Program-made: the position numbers and the translations under genes
The notes under the pieces: generated by a model
Database searches by the model: none
What the model was told of the DNA's origin: nothing
The model's input: the letters and a program-made list of their open reading frames with translations, nothing else
Shown here: one piece after another, positions 1 through 11,154 of the stretch
Position numbering within the stretch: the first letter of the stretch is position 1
How the letters are laid out: every line of letters begins with the position of its first letter
Source of the DNA: a virus
Taxonomy: Duplodnaviria; Caudoviricetes
Direction: 5' to 3' (one strand)
Virus record (IMG/VR): IMGVR_UViG_3300012956_000012
Span: 41,975-105,974 of that record
DNA length: 64,000 nt

Positions 1-679
1 ATGCCTGGCTTGAGAAGAAACTTTCTGAAAATTCTCTGAAAGAAGATTCGTTTACTGCTTCGTCTAGCGTCATTCCTTTTGCTAAATTATCAAATAATTC
101 TTGATCAACTTCTTTTTCCGAAGCTTTAGTAAAGGAACCAAATATTGTCTTGTTCTCGCTATCCTTGTAGTAAACCTTTCCTGTCTCAGGCTCAACTGTG
201 ATATCCTCCTTTGTAAGGTGCGATTCTATCTTACTGATGATGTTTATTAAAGATTGTGGCTCCAATTCAAAAGCCTCCTCTTGCGAGTATAATCCAGACG
301 CCACAGCTCTAGGTACACTTATCTCAAAAAAGCCGTCTGGTTTGAATACAGCATTCATTACCCCACTTAGTTTTGATAATGTTTCAATACCATTTCGTTT
401 CATAAACTCTTTAACTTCGAAGGTCTCTCTTGTAGAAAGCCTTTCCATTACAGGTGTCGTATAAAACTTAAACACATCTGCCAAAGTAGCGTCTGACTGA
501 CTTTTTCCAGTTGCAGTTTCAAACTCTGGTAAGTAAGAAGAAGCCCATAAATTAAGGGCCTCTTCCTGACTTTGTGTATATCTTAGTGCGTCAGCATACA
601 ATTTGTTAACTGTTCCGTCTTCGTTTGTTACAATCTTATCTCCAGATGGAGTGATTGTTATTTTGCATTTTAATCCCAT
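1..679 (-). CDS. N-terminal part of a very large virion cargo/ejection protein (possibly in the virion RNA polymerase gene block); runs off the window
   Basis: ATG at 679 overlaps the upstream TGA (TGATG). The frame reads MGLKCKITITPSGDKIVTNEDGTVNKLYADALRY... It is absent from the ORF track, consistent with truncation by the window edge. Its position follows the other giant cargo genes. Confidence 0.7.
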   Translation of the reverse strand, partial: MGLKCKITITPSGDKIVTNEDGTVNKLYADALRYTQSQEEALNLWASSYLPEFETATGKSQSDATLADVFKFYTTPVMERLSTRETFEVKEFMKRNGIETLSKLSGVMNAVFKPDGFFEISVPRAVASGLYSQEEAFELEPQSLINIISKIESHLTKEDITVEPETGKVYYKDSENKTIFGSFTKASEKEVDQELFDNLAKGMTLDEAVNESSFREFSESFFSSQA

Positions 680-3600
680 CAACAGTTTTTGTTACGTTCT
701 TCTTCTGCTTTTAGTTCGGCATCTCTTGCCTCTTGGTACTTAGCCATCATCTCATCCATTTGAGGTTTTGTAAGTGGCTCTGATTTTGCACCAGATACTT
801 CTACCTCTAAGTCTTTCAAATTGAATTGAATCTTAGGTGAGTGGAATGGCCTGCTCAAATTGATATCTATTGTTGCCTGTTCTTTTAAGATATCTTTGAT
901 GTTTACTTTCCCATCTAACCAACTATCAAGGTTGTAAAAGTACGAAATAGAATTCAACTGTGCAAGTTTCTTATTGAAAAACTCAGTATTTAAGTTTGAT
1001 CCCCCGATGATTACAAAGGAATCTCCAGGTTTTTTAATGTCAATACCTTTGCTTGCCATATATCTGTTTAGCGCAATTACCTTGTCTGTTTCAGTAGCAT
1101 TTGACTTAAAAATATCTTTAAATTCTTGATGGTCTGTTTTTTCAGTTTCATTTACTTTTACTGGGTAAGCTACTCTTTTTTTACCTACTTGTATTACAAC
1201 AAATGCAACTCTCGATTTATCAGCTCTATCTATGTATTTCTGTAAGAATGTTGTGTCTAGCCCTTTTACTCCTGATCTAGTCTTATATCCTCCATTCTCA
1301 ACAAATCCAATATCCTTTACTTTTTTGACATCTTGATCTGTGAATGATCTACTTTCTATTGCTACGGAATTGTCTTCAGTTTTAACCATATTATAATTAG
1401 GGTGTCCTAAAAATATTTTAGTTACTGTTACCTCTAATCCAGTGTCAATTACCTTCCCAGACAACATGTCGTCAAGTGTACTTGGATCTCCAAAAACTTG
1501 ATCTCTTAGTGTAGTGAACTTCTCATCTTCTTTAGTTCGGCCACCTGCCTTTCTTTTTTGTTTCAAAACTCCACAGAAAGCTCCTTCTTTATTTCTTAAC
1601 CGGATTACTCCTTCTTTTTGAAGCCTTTCAATCACTAGGTCTTGTGGTGTTTCTGCTAAAATCCTTTTATTATAAGGATCGTTAGGGTCTACTTCTAAAG
1701 ACAGTTTCTCTTTTTCTTGAGTGTTGTATGCTGCATTAACATCCATGTGCTCAGCGAAATCTTGAGCAAAAGGACTTTTTAACGGTTCAGAAGTTGTCTC
1801 AGTATGTTTTTCTATGAAACTATAATTAGTCGTTAAATTTTTATTGGTAGGAAGTATTGATAAGTTAGTGGCATTATTAATTCTTGTTAGCAATGTAGGG
1901 TCTTCCTTATCATTAAGAAGTATATTGTTTGTTTCTTCTTGAACTTCAAAGGGGATATCCATACCTAACTCATCAATGAAATCTTCTGGTGAAATTCCTG
2001 AAATCTCGATAAGCCCCTTTTTATTCCTAGCAACAGTTACTGAATCATAAATCTGCGCTTTGTCATAATGTACTCTACCAACTTTATCTCCAAAATCAAC
2101 ACCCTCAATAATCTCTTGACTGGTTTGATTAGCTACAACTTGTACTTCTTCTACATCGATAGATTCTAGCATAGCTTTCTGTCTAAGCAAGTCACTTAGT
2201 CTTAATCCTTCTGCTACTGTCCCTGTTACAAAAAGCCATTGATCAATTTCATCCTCAAGAGTGTCTTTCTCTGCTTGTTCAGCTTCTGATAAACCTTCTT
2301 CCTCATCTTTGATCAATAGTTCGTTTAATCGAACATACTCTGGGGAATCTATAATTTTAAGGTTTTCAACTGCGGTAGTTAGTTCTTTTTCTAACTCTGC
2401 AATCCTATCGTCTATTTCTTGGCTTGACTGATCGCTATTGCTATCATCTGCTTTTTGCTGCGTGGTTTCCCGTTCGATCCCCTTTCCTTCCCCTTCTTCT
2501 TGTTGTCTTTCGACAATTCCCTGAGGTTGTACTGAATCGCCTGGTTCACGGCCTTCTTGCTCTTGTTTTTGCTTTTCTTCAATGGCATTTTTCTTCGCTT
2601 TGAGTTCTTTTATCTTTTCATTGATAGATGTCACTTTTCTTGAGGTAGCAACATCTCCTCTTAAATATTCTACTTGGTTTAATATCGATGCAATAGCCTT
2701 ATCAATAGCTTCAACATTATCTAAATCTTCTGCCTTTATATTTAAAGACTCTTTTAAACGAACAGTATCTCCTTCCAAAGGATCATTTGACTGTTCCACT
2801 TGAGAGTTAAGTTCGATTACTGTTTCAGTTGCTTCTTTTACTTCTTTGTTTAACTGCTCAACATTTAAAAGCATTCTCAACAAAGTGTCAATTTTATGCT
2901 TCTCCCTTTCAGAAAGTTGGTCAGAATTTTTTAATTTAGATTCAATCTCCAAATCAATAGCTTCTTGTCCTCGTATACCTGGAACTTTCAAGGCTATGTC
3001 CATAAACTTGTTGTTCTCCTTAATAGCTTTTCTAAGTTCAGATGTCATTTCATAAGGAGTCCCAATAATCATATTCAAGAGTCCCTTACCTTTTTTAGTT
3101 GAGAAGAAGTCTGTACTCGCTATGTCTCTTACTAGGTTAGAAGTTTCTCGGTGGAAGTCAGAATACTTTTTAAATCTTTCTACCATGTCCTCAATGGAGT
3201 CTGCATCAAAACTTCTTCCATTTCTTCTAAGTGCTGCTACGTAATCTTCTAACTTATCTATTTCAGAGATAGCTCCCATTACATCAGGAGTTGTTTGGAA
3301 GATACTTTCTGTTGGATTTACAGTGCTTGTTTTATAATCGGCTCCTAGTGTTTGTTCAATTTGTTCTTTCTCTTTTTCTAGTTGAGTAATTTGTTGTTGA
3401 ACCAATACTAGTTTCTCTGCTGTCATTTGCTGGCGGCGTCTTGCGGTCTCTGGTTTTAAGTTTCGCTTACCTTCTACCTGCACTTGAGATGCTTGCATAC
3501 CATAAGATACAGCTCGCTCTCTTAGATCGTTTAATCTTTTTTCCTTATTCTTTAAATCACTTAGTAATGTTTTTTGACTTGCTTTTAGAGAGTTGACAAA

Positions 3601-5670
3601 CTCCATGTGATCGAAAAGTCCTGTAGATCCTACCATGGTTTCAATCTCTGATGCCAATTTTCTAGCATTGCTTAAAGCACTTTGACCAGTGTGTAAACTC
3701 GTTATTAAAGCGTCTTCAACTTCAATAGTATTACCAATAGGCATTTTTAGATTTCTTCCTACATTTAAAGCCTCTACAGTTGCCTTAGCTTTTTGGTAGT
3801 TTTCTAAATTTCTAGAGAACTGTTCTTTTAGATTTGATTTATATGCGTTAACATTATCCCCTAATAAATCCAGAGCTGCAGCATCAAGCTGCATGTGATC
3901 TATAATAGCATTATAATCTTCCTTAATTTGTCCACTTGTTTTTAGATGAGATTGGCTTTTGATGAACTCGACATCCATCATCGAATCATTAATAGAAGTG
4001 TCAGATCCATTTTCAATACCTTGTTCTATCTGATTTCTAAACGCTCTGACAGAAGAGGCTCTATTCATGTTTCGAAGTGTATTAACTCCTCTGTTGACTT
4101 CCTCCACTTTAGATTGCAAAGAAGCTTGGGCTGCTTTTCTAGAGTTTTTACCAATAAACCCTAAACCTCTCTCCTGAACGGATCCAACTCCCCAACCAAT
4201 TAACATACCAATACCCATTTCCTTCCAGCCCTCTTTGGTTCCATATTGTTCGGACAACGCTTGAGTAAAGCTTGAAAAGAGTGATAGTGAGGAGTCATTG
4301 TTTGGATCGTATTTTGCATTAAGGTAATTCTGCATAGTCTTTCCTGCTACACCTTGCATACCTTCTTCATAGATACCCTCTACTGAAGCCTTGCCTAAAG
4401 TCTTGTAAATGTTTCCAGTAAATCTTTGAGCTCTTGATGCTTCTTTTACAGCCAATGTTCCTATCTCGTCTCCTGACTCTAATCCTAGCCCAATTACTTT
4501 ATTCAACCTGTTTGTGGTAGACTTTGTAATGTTTTGCATTGAACTTGCAAAAGGATTTTTAACATTAAAAGCCTTTCCAAACATAGCTGCATTGGATACA
4601 GAGAGGATTGCCATATTAGCAGCAAACACTCCATTTGCAGCTCCAGTAGCTTCTTGTAAGAACTTAGAGTATTCCTCATCAGTTGGCTGCCTACCATTCT
4701 TTTCCTCGAACGATTCTAAATATGTTGATACAGCGTCTTTAAAGTTATGCCTAGCTTCCATTCCAGCTTCAAATCCGGATGTTCTTGCTAAGAATAATCC
4801 GGTGTCAACAGCAGAGCCTGCAGTAGTTAAATAACGAGCTTTATTCAGTGATTTTATTAAATCAACACTTCCTTCGAATTTTTCTAAATCTTTTGCTTTG
4901 TCTAAAATTTTACCTGTACTTACAACTGTCTTAGGTGCTCCAAAGAAAGTTTTACCTTTTGACATGTAATTAGTAGGGTCAAGAATCTCCTCTGCTCCTT
5001 CTTTTGCAGCTGTTTTTAAAAAAGACTTGGCACCAGCTTTAAAGCTTAATTTAGCTGCTGATCCTGCAAATGTTGCTCCACCAGTTAAAAATCCTAAACC
5101 TATCTCTGGAAGTAATGCACCTCCAACGAAAGCTAGAGCTCCTGCAGCGTCATTGGCCCAAAAGTTAGCTGTACCTAAAGATGATAAAAACCCTTTAGAC
5201 TTCTGTTCATCTGAATAGTAGTTTGGAAGCTTGTAGTCTAATTGTTTATTCCAATCATCTAACTTATTTGAGAAGTCATTGTTCCAGTAACCCTCCCATG
5301 ATCCTTCTTTAATTGCATTGATTGCACCATATACAGTTCCTACTGTTGCATCAAGTACGTAGTTTCCAGTTTTTCTAGCGTTTTTTAACAGACCATTAGT
5401 CCACTGATCTAAAGCTGATTGTTGCTTAGCTAATCGATCTTCATTGCCTACAGCTCCTAAGTAGTTTTCGAATTTTGCAACATAAGTTCCATCAGATAGC
5501 CTATCGTATATAGCACTAGTTGGTACATCATACTCAACCGGTTTCAACTCATTTTTCGTAGTTGAAAACTTAATTGGGCCTTTAAAAGAATCTAAAGGAT
5601 TTGCGTTAGGGTTTTTCACTTCCTGTCCAGATACTCTGGCAAGAATTGAATCAAAACTTTCTAATGACAT
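679..5670 (-). CDS. Giant virion cargo/ejection protein (1663 aa)
   Basis: Has Gly/Ala-rich hydrophobic segments (e.g. AAGALAFVGGALLPEIGLGFLTGG), an EGIYEEGMQ motif and long coiled coils. It lies in the crAss-like giant-gene block. Confidence 0.7.
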   Translation of the reverse strand: MSLESFDSILARVSGQEVKNPNANPLDSFKGPIKFSTTKNELKPVEYDVPTSAIYDRLSDGTYVAKFENYLGAVGNEDRLAKQQSALDQWTNGLLKNARKTGNYVLDATVGTVYGAINAIKEGSWEGYWNNDFSNKLDDWNKQLDYKLPNYYSDEQKSKGFLSSLGTANFWANDAAGALAFVGGALLPEIGLGFLTGGATFAGSAAKLSFKAGAKSFLKTAAKEGAEEILDPTNYMSKGKTFFGAPKTVVSTGKILDKAKDLEKFEGSVDLIKSLNKARYLTTAGSAVDTGLFLARTSGFEAGMEARHNFKDAVSTYLESFEEKNGRQPTDEEYSKFLQEATGAANGVFAANMAILSVSNAAMFGKAFNVKNPFASSMQNITKSTTNRLNKVIGLGLESGDEIGTLAVKEASRAQRFTGNIYKTLGKASVEGIYEEGMQGVAGKTMQNYLNAKYDPNNDSSLSLFSSFTQALSEQYGTKEGWKEMGIGMLIGWGVGSVQERGLGFIGKNSRKAAQASLQSKVEEVNRGVNTLRNMNRASSVRAFRNQIEQGIENGSDTSINDSMMDVEFIKSQSHLKTSGQIKEDYNAIIDHMQLDAAALDLLGDNVNAYKSNLKEQFSRNLENYQKAKATVEALNVGRNLKMPIGNTIEVEDALITSLHTGQSALSNARKLASEIETMVGSTGLFDHMEFVNSLKASQKTLLSDLKNKEKRLNDLRERAVSYGMQASQVQVEGKRNLKPETARRRQQMTAEKLVLVQQQITQLEKEKEQIEQTLGADYKTSTVNPTESIFQTTPDVMGAISEIDKLEDYVAALRRNGRSFDADSIEDMVERFKKYSDFHRETSNLVRDIASTDFFSTKKGKGLLNMIIGTPYEMTSELRKAIKENNKFMDIALKVPGIRGQEAIDLEIESKLKNSDQLSEREKHKIDTLLRMLLNVEQLNKEVKEATETVIELNSQVEQSNDPLEGDTVRLKESLNIKAEDLDNVEAIDKAIASILNQVEYLRGDVATSRKVTSINEKIKELKAKKNAIEEKQKQEQEGREPGDSVQPQGIVERQQEEGEGKGIERETTQQKADDSNSDQSSQEIDDRIAELEKELTTAVENLKIIDSPEYVRLNELLIKDEEEGLSEAEQAEKDTLEDEIDQWLFVTGTVAEGLRLSDLLRQKAMLESIDVEEVQVVANQTSQEIIEGVDFGDKVGRVHYDKAQIYDSVTVARNKKGLIEISGISPEDFIDELGMDIPFEVQEETNNILLNDKEDPTLLTRINNATNLSILPTNKNLTTNYSFIEKHTETTSEPLKSPFAQDFAEHMDVNAAYNTQEKEKLSLEVDPNDPYNKRILAETPQDLVIERLQKEGVIRLRNKEGAFCGVLKQKRKAGGRTKEDEKFTTLRDQVFGDPSTLDDMLSGKVIDTGLEVTVTKIFLGHPNYNMVKTEDNSVAIESRSFTDQDVKKVKDIGFVENGGYKTRSGVKGLDTTFLQKYIDRADKSRVAFVVIQVGKKRVAYPVKVNETEKTDHQEFKDIFKSNATETDKVIALNRYMASKGIDIKKPGDSFVIIGGSNLNTEFFNKKLAQLNSISYFYNLDSWLDGKVNIKDILKEQATIDINLSRPFHSPKIQFNLKDLEVEVSGAKSEPLTKPQMDEMMAKYQEARDAELKAEEERNKNC

Positions 5671-8600
5671 TATTCGTATGTTTTTAATGATTGTGTGTTA
5701 ACAAACACTTCTATCTCTTCAGCTACAAATTCGGAGAATGTTCTCTGATTGTACAACTGTGAATTCATTTTCATTTCTTCAACCTCTTCATCAGACAGTT
5801 CTTGTGTGTTTAAAGGTGTGCTGAACACTCTGTTACCGTCCATAAATATCGAGTGGTTCCACTGTGTACCATCTGATTCTAATTTGAAAGTGTAAGCACC
5901 TTTCTCAGCTCCATTGTACAAAGAATCTACGGTTCTTGCTAAATCTGGGCTTATATTTGCTGCGTAGTTTATTACATCATTCTTAACCATGAAAGGTAAG
6001 TCTGTTCCGAATACGGTTTGAGACGTTTCTCTGAGTCTTCTAAACCTGCCAGCTCCGTTAGCAGCATCTGAGTCTCTAAGCGCCTTAACACTTGCATCTC
6101 CAAGGTCAACAGTTGGGGCATAGTCGCCGTAGATAGCATTGTAATCTGATCGTTTACCACTTCCCATATTGACTCCTGACTCTTTAAGTTGTTCCTCTGT
6201 TAGACTTCCTAACGGTTTCGAAACAAAGTATCCAGTCTTGCTGTCCTTCTTTTTATACGAAGCTAAATATGTACCTTTTGGAGCTCCGGTAGCTGGATCT
6301 AGTACTGGTATCAAATCTATAACTCCTATCTTATCATCAGATATTCCTAATTGTCTTTTTAGTGCACTCAGCATTTCTGGCGTTTTTTCCTCTGAAAATA
6401 CGTGAGTTACTTTAGATGGATTTAAGTTAAGAGCTTCATATTCCTTATCTATACTTAATTTTACTTTATCAATACTCGTACTGATGTCAGCTTGCAACCC
6501 TGTATTAAAGGTTTTATCCCAATTCATGGCACTGTCACTCCACTCTAAATCTGCTCTGTTGAAGTCTGATAAGTAATAATCTGAGGAAGCTATTGGATCT
6601 TCATACCCTGTGAAAGGTATTCGCTCTCTTTGTGTTCTTACACCAACTTTTCTATTGTAATTTTTTATAGCCCATTGTAGTTTCTTATCTGCCTCTTTAT
6701 TTCCAGACTTAGCTTCAGAAGCCAGAGACACTAAATCTCCCAAGCCATCTGGTAACTGGTCTGTTAAACCTCTCCCTTGTAAGTCTAGTCCTTTATTGAA
6801 TAAGAAACTTAAATTGTCGGGGGTCATTTGAGATACAGGTACTTGTGTAGTACCTGCTTCGCTGTCTTGTGCGGTGATCTTATATTCCTCATACCAATTA
6901 GAAGACATCATGTCTCTTCCAGAGGAAGTCTTCTGTCTAAAGTCTTTGTCAATTTTTGAGTAAATAAGTTGTCTGTCGGACTTACTAATCTCTGGATCTG
7001 CTAGAAGATGTCTGTGCGAATACCAATCTAAAGTAGCTTTTTCAGACTCAGTTAACTTCCTCTCTTTAGAAGCTCTCGTTAAGTTTGCATAGTAGTTTCC
7101 AGCGGCTTTATTTACTTTTTCTACTTTGAATCCTCCTTTTCCATCGACTACTAATTTTTCCTGATAGTTAGGAAGAGAGTTTGGGTCGATATCACCACCT
7201 TTAGATAAAACTGTACCTAGTTTGAATTGTGATTTCTGAACCAAATTATCTATGGTTTTATAATAGGCTTTCTTTGCGCCGCTATCTCTAAGTACATTTG
7301 TATTAAACTCATCAACAGCTTTTGAGACATACTTGTTTGTAAAGTCTAAAGTGACTTCACGTCCATTTGAAAGTTTAACTTTTACCTTATCTCTGCCAGC
7401 CGATCCTTTTTTAAGTTCAGCTACTAAGCCTGGATCAGAAAGATCGTTCTCTGTAATACCTTGTCCTGACAATACGTTTGCCATTCCTTTAATAGACTCT
7501 TCCTGTTTCCTAGCAATCATTGCCGAGGCACCTTCTACTGGTTTATCTCCATATACAGTAGCCTCAGTCTTCTTCCTATCTGGAGTTTCATCTGCCGGAA
7601 GAATTTCTCCGTTAGGCCCTAGTTTTGCACCTCTACTTTTAGCTTGAGCTTTTGCCAAGTCTAGCTCGTATTTTTTCTCGTTAAGTGCTAATTGCTTATC
7701 TGCTCTTGTGCTATTATGTACTGCAAGTTCATAGTTTCTTGTTGCAGTGTCCAAATCATTTACCTCACTTTTTACAAAACGTGATTCATAAGAGTATGCA
7801 TTTAAGTAATTTTCTTTGAATCTGTTGGTGTAAAGCGTCGTATAGGCTGCCTCTTTACCAATATTATCGTAAGAGCTTGATTTTAACATTCCCATTTCAG
7901 CCTCAAAACCTTTGATCAACTGATCATACTCAGCCTTTTTAGATGCATCTGTGGTAGCTGCACGAAGAGATTTGTATTTATTTACAGCTTCTTGTCTTTG
8001 AGACACTTTTTGATCAATAGTAGAGTTGTATGTTTCTCTTACCGCTTCATCTGGTGCTTGGCTGTACAATCCCCAAGCATTTATTTTAAGTTGCTCTCTA
8101 GCTTTCTGATCTAACATTCCTTCTAAGGCCGCTTCAACTTTCGCTCTTGGTATTGTCTCGTAGGTATCTTTTGTTCTGAATACTCCATTACCCTCACCAT
8201 CTACTTGATAAGTCCATTGCATTTTATCAGCAATTTGGGGTAATTTGTCAGATACAAGTTTTTCAACGTTGATGTACTCTTTGAACCCACCACCGCCTTT
8301 GTACCTAGCACCAACTTCTTGAGAATTTCTCCAACCTTCAGATGCCTGCATTGAGTACGCATGATTTATCTCAGAATATTTTTCTGGCTCTTTGGTTCTC
8401 TTTTCGTCCCACTCTTTTTGCTCAGTCCTAAATACTCTTGTAGACATAACAGCGTTCTTCACGTTGTCATCTACAATTTGGTTTAAGTTTCTTTGAACTA
8501 CATTTAAAAGGCCCGGATCAGACAGGTCTGCATTTGCATATTTATTGGTAACCTGTGTAATAAGATCAATTCTGTTTTCTAAGTAGTCTCTATCTACATC

Positions 8601-8765
8601 TTTGTAGACATCAAGCTCTTCAAAATTATCTATAACAGATTGGAGACGCTGCCTGTTTGTGTCTAGGTTTCCTTGCTTGTACTGTAATACATTGGATATT
8701 AGACTGAAGTCAGGAGTGTAAAGAGGTACCTGATTATAGTTATGTAGTATTCCGTATGAATTCAT
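5670..8765 (-). CDS. Large virion cargo protein (1031 aa)
   Basis: Long ORF with a helical N-terminus (YTPDFSLISNVLQYKQ). It is translationally coupled to the next giant gene. Confidence 0.6.
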   Translation of the reverse strand: MNSYGILHNYNQVPLYTPDFSLISNVLQYKQGNLDTNRQRLQSVIDNFEELDVYKDVDRDYLENRIDLITQVTNKYANADLSDPGLLNVVQRNLNQIVDDNVKNAVMSTRVFRTEQKEWDEKRTKEPEKYSEINHAYSMQASEGWRNSQEVGARYKGGGGFKEYINVEKLVSDKLPQIADKMQWTYQVDGEGNGVFRTKDTYETIPRAKVEAALEGMLDQKAREQLKINAWGLYSQAPDEAVRETYNSTIDQKVSQRQEAVNKYKSLRAATTDASKKAEYDQLIKGFEAEMGMLKSSSYDNIGKEAAYTTLYTNRFKENYLNAYSYESRFVKSEVNDLDTATRNYELAVHNSTRADKQLALNEKKYELDLAKAQAKSRGAKLGPNGEILPADETPDRKKTEATVYGDKPVEGASAMIARKQEESIKGMANVLSGQGITENDLSDPGLVAELKKGSAGRDKVKVKLSNGREVTLDFTNKYVSKAVDEFNTNVLRDSGAKKAYYKTIDNLVQKSQFKLGTVLSKGGDIDPNSLPNYQEKLVVDGKGGFKVEKVNKAAGNYYANLTRASKERKLTESEKATLDWYSHRHLLADPEISKSDRQLIYSKIDKDFRQKTSSGRDMMSSNWYEEYKITAQDSEAGTTQVPVSQMTPDNLSFLFNKGLDLQGRGLTDQLPDGLGDLVSLASEAKSGNKEADKKLQWAIKNYNRKVGVRTQRERIPFTGYEDPIASSDYYLSDFNRADLEWSDSAMNWDKTFNTGLQADISTSIDKVKLSIDKEYEALNLNPSKVTHVFSEEKTPEMLSALKRQLGISDDKIGVIDLIPVLDPATGAPKGTYLASYKKKDSKTGYFVSKPLGSLTEEQLKESGVNMGSGKRSDYNAIYGDYAPTVDLGDASVKALRDSDAANGAGRFRRLRETSQTVFGTDLPFMVKNDVINYAANISPDLARTVDSLYNGAEKGAYTFKLESDGTQWNHSIFMDGNRVFSTPLNTQELSDEEVEEMKMNSQLYNQRTFSEFVAEEIEVFVNTQSLKTYE

Positions 8766-8838
8766 ATTCTGATAATGAACTGTAAAATTAGTGAAAATAT
8801 TTTAATTGACCAAAATAAATTGCGTATAATATTAGAAA

Positions 8839-8859
8839 AGCTCCACTTAATGTGGAGCT
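8839..8859 (-). terminator. Intrinsic terminator
   Basis: AGCTCCAC-TTAAT-GTGGAGCT hairpin followed by a T-run on the minus strand, at the end of the 66-aa ORF. Confidence 0.65.
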
Positions 8860-9058
8860 AATTTACTTTTCGCCAATACTCTGGATAATTTTCGATGTCT
8901 TCTGGTTTCAACTTTTTGAAATCAGGGTCTTTAATGTTTTTCGCCATTATATACCCTATAGTTGTTCCACCTGTGGCTTTCAACTCTAAGGCTAGTGTGC
9001 CTAACTCTGGTGAACCTGGGTACTCTCTCATTAGTTTGTACTTTTTTAGTATTGTCAT
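8858..9058 (-). CDS. Small hypothetical protein (66 aa)
   Basis: ATGA overlap with the upstream gene; a terminator follows directly. Confidence 0.6.
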   Translation of the reverse strand: MTILKKYKLMREYPGSPELGTLALELKATGGTTIGYIMAKNIKDPDFKKLKPEDIENYPEYWRKVN

Positions 9059-11154
9059 GGTGTTGTGTTTAAAGCTCTCATTGCTGCTAAGTAGTCTACT
9101 CTATCCTCAGTCCCTCTTTGCGTATTCAATTGGTAGTTATAACTAGGGGTATAGTCTACACCGGTACCCATGAAATTGAGTTGATAGTCTGGAAACATTG
9201 AGTTGAGTAAATTTAACTGCTGTTGGTTTTTGAAGTTATTTAAAGCTACTGTTTGGTTTCTGTCAAACCAGTTGCGTAATTCTTCTTCTGCCAATGCTCT
9301 TCCTCTTAAAGCTCTTTGCTCATAGTTCAATGCATTCTGACCTGCAGCTATGTTTTCTCTATCTGCCTGACCAATATTAAATAGCTCAGCTTGAGATTGA
9401 TTTTGAGCATTTATTACATTGGTTTGAGTAGCTGCTTGATTTGTAGCTGTTTGTGATGTTGCCAATAATCCAGCTAATGCTGCGGCTCTTTGAGAATCCG
9501 GTAAGCCTTCTAGTTGACTCTGAACAAACTGCCTAGAATCTGCTATCTGCTGAATATTTTGATCAATACCTATTTTAATAGGGTCTATTCTTCCAAACCT
9601 ATTTTCAACCTTTAACTGAGCTTCTAGTGCTGATGGTGGTAAAGAGCTTTGGTCTGGCATGTAGAACATACGTGGACCTTTTGGACTAGCCTTATAGTCA
9701 GCAGCGTAATCAGTGAAATCTTGGTTTGGCTCTTCTACTGGAGGCGCTTTTTGAGGAGCTGGCTTTCCATTTAAGTTGTATGTATTTAAAGCATAATCTG
9801 AATCTTGCCCTTTAAATTTTCTAACATCTGCAATTCTCTCCTGAGTAGTTGGATCTAATGTAGCTAGTGTCTCGTCATCAATCTGATTTAAGGTGAAGAT
9901 ACCTTTTTTACCAAGCATGTCCATCTCTTCTGGAGTTACTACATCTAAGGCTGCAGCAAAACGTCCTGATGTAAAGTTACCCATCTTGGAGTCGTAAGCT
10001 CTTACCTTATCTTCCATTGAAGCACCTTTACCTAAATTGTCTCCAGAGAATGTTTCTTTCTTTTTGTAGTCATTAGCCCATTGGATAGCTTCCTCAGAGA
10101 ACTTACCTGGATTTTTAGTGATGTCGTCTGAGATTGATCTCATACGTTTGTCAGCTCTTTGTTGGAAGTTGTATACCTCTTTAATCTTTTCATTAAAAGG
10201 TAGTTTCTTTTTCCATTTTACTTCACCCTGTTTTAATGCCTCTACATCAACATAGGAACCAAATACTTGGTCGTCGGCAATAATGTCTGGGAAGTTCCTG
10301 TATAGGTTTAGAATAATTTCTTCGTTACTTTTTTCTACACCATAATTTTTTTCGTTAGCCCTTTGATGTTCTCTTTTGAATACCTCTTCATCAGAGAATA
10401 CATTTTCTCTTTTTGATAGATTGTATTTTGTCCCCCCATCTTGATACCTTGGCATTGATCCTGTATTTACAAGCGCCATTGCATCTTCTTCTGATAGTCC
10501 ATATTTCGCAGCAACTTTTTTAAACCCTTCCATAGACACCCCACCGTTTTTATAGTTAGGATTACTGTCGCCTTTAGGTTTGGCTGTTTCCTGCATGTCA
10601 AAAACTCGATCGAAAAACTCAGCTCTCATGGCCTCCTTCTCTTTCTTTTTCTGCTCTATGTCAAATATTTTCTTGGATAAATACTCTTTATTAACTCTTA
10701 GAGTTTCTTCTGGTATTTTCTTATCCAACATACTTTTCATTTTGTTGAATAAATCCTCTTGTTCCTCATTGAGCTTTTTAAGCCCAATCTTTGCAGAGTA
10801 TTTGTCAATAGCTTGCGCGTAAGATGTTTTAGTAGTTACGTCAATATCGAAAATCTTTTTAAGCCTTTTTGCTTGATCAGCTTTTAAAGTTAAGGTCTTC
10901 GAAATTATTTTGGTACCGTCAGGAATAGCCATATCAGCCCCGCCTTTCTCATGAGAGTTTCCAACTACTTTTTGAATATCTCCTTCTGGAAACTGTAAAT
11001 ACTCGTCACCTTCTAATTCAGCATTAGGTACAATTCCAGAATTCTCTTTTAGCCCTTGAATATATTCTCCAGTTAAAAGTTTTTCAATTGGCACTTCAGG
11101 ATTTTCTTTCTTCCTGTCTACCATTTTTATTTTATTGATATCAAACTCTTGCAT
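9055..11154 (-). CDS. crAss-like virion cargo protein (699 aa)
   Basis: Contains NAELEGDEY...GNSHEKGG, YKNGG and YQDGG motifs and a Q/A-rich C-terminus. Confidence 0.65.
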   Translation of the reverse strand: MQEFDINKIKMVDRKKENPEVPIEKLLTGEYIQGLKENSGIVPNAELEGDEYLQFPEGDIQKVVGNSHEKGGADMAIPDGTKIISKTLTLKADQAKRLKKIFDIDVTTKTSYAQAIDKYSAKIGLKKLNEEQEDLFNKMKSMLDKKIPEETLRVNKEYLSKKIFDIEQKKKEKEAMRAEFFDRVFDMQETAKPKGDSNPNYKNGGVSMEGFKKVAAKYGLSEEDAMALVNTGSMPRYQDGGTKYNLSKRENVFSDEEVFKREHQRANEKNYGVEKSNEEIILNLYRNFPDIIADDQVFGSYVDVEALKQGEVKWKKKLPFNEKIKEVYNFQQRADKRMRSISDDITKNPGKFSEEAIQWANDYKKKETFSGDNLGKGASMEDKVRAYDSKMGNFTSGRFAAALDVVTPEEMDMLGKKGIFTLNQIDDETLATLDPTTQERIADVRKFKGQDSDYALNTYNLNGKPAPQKAPPVEEPNQDFTDYAADYKASPKGPRMFYMPDQSSLPPSALEAQLKVENRFGRIDPIKIGIDQNIQQIADSRQFVQSQLEGLPDSQRAAALAGLLATSQTATNQAATQTNVINAQNQSQAELFNIGQADRENIAAGQNALNYEQRALRGRALAEEELRNWFDRNQTVALNNFKNQQQLNLLNSMFPDYQLNFMGTGVDYTPSYNYQLNTQRGTEDRVDYLAAMRALNTTP

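Noticed and set aside
679-8765. Calling these proteins the virion RNA polymerase catalytic subunit
   Set aside because: No DxDxD catalytic motif was recognised in either protein. The polymerase may lie beyond the left edge of the window.
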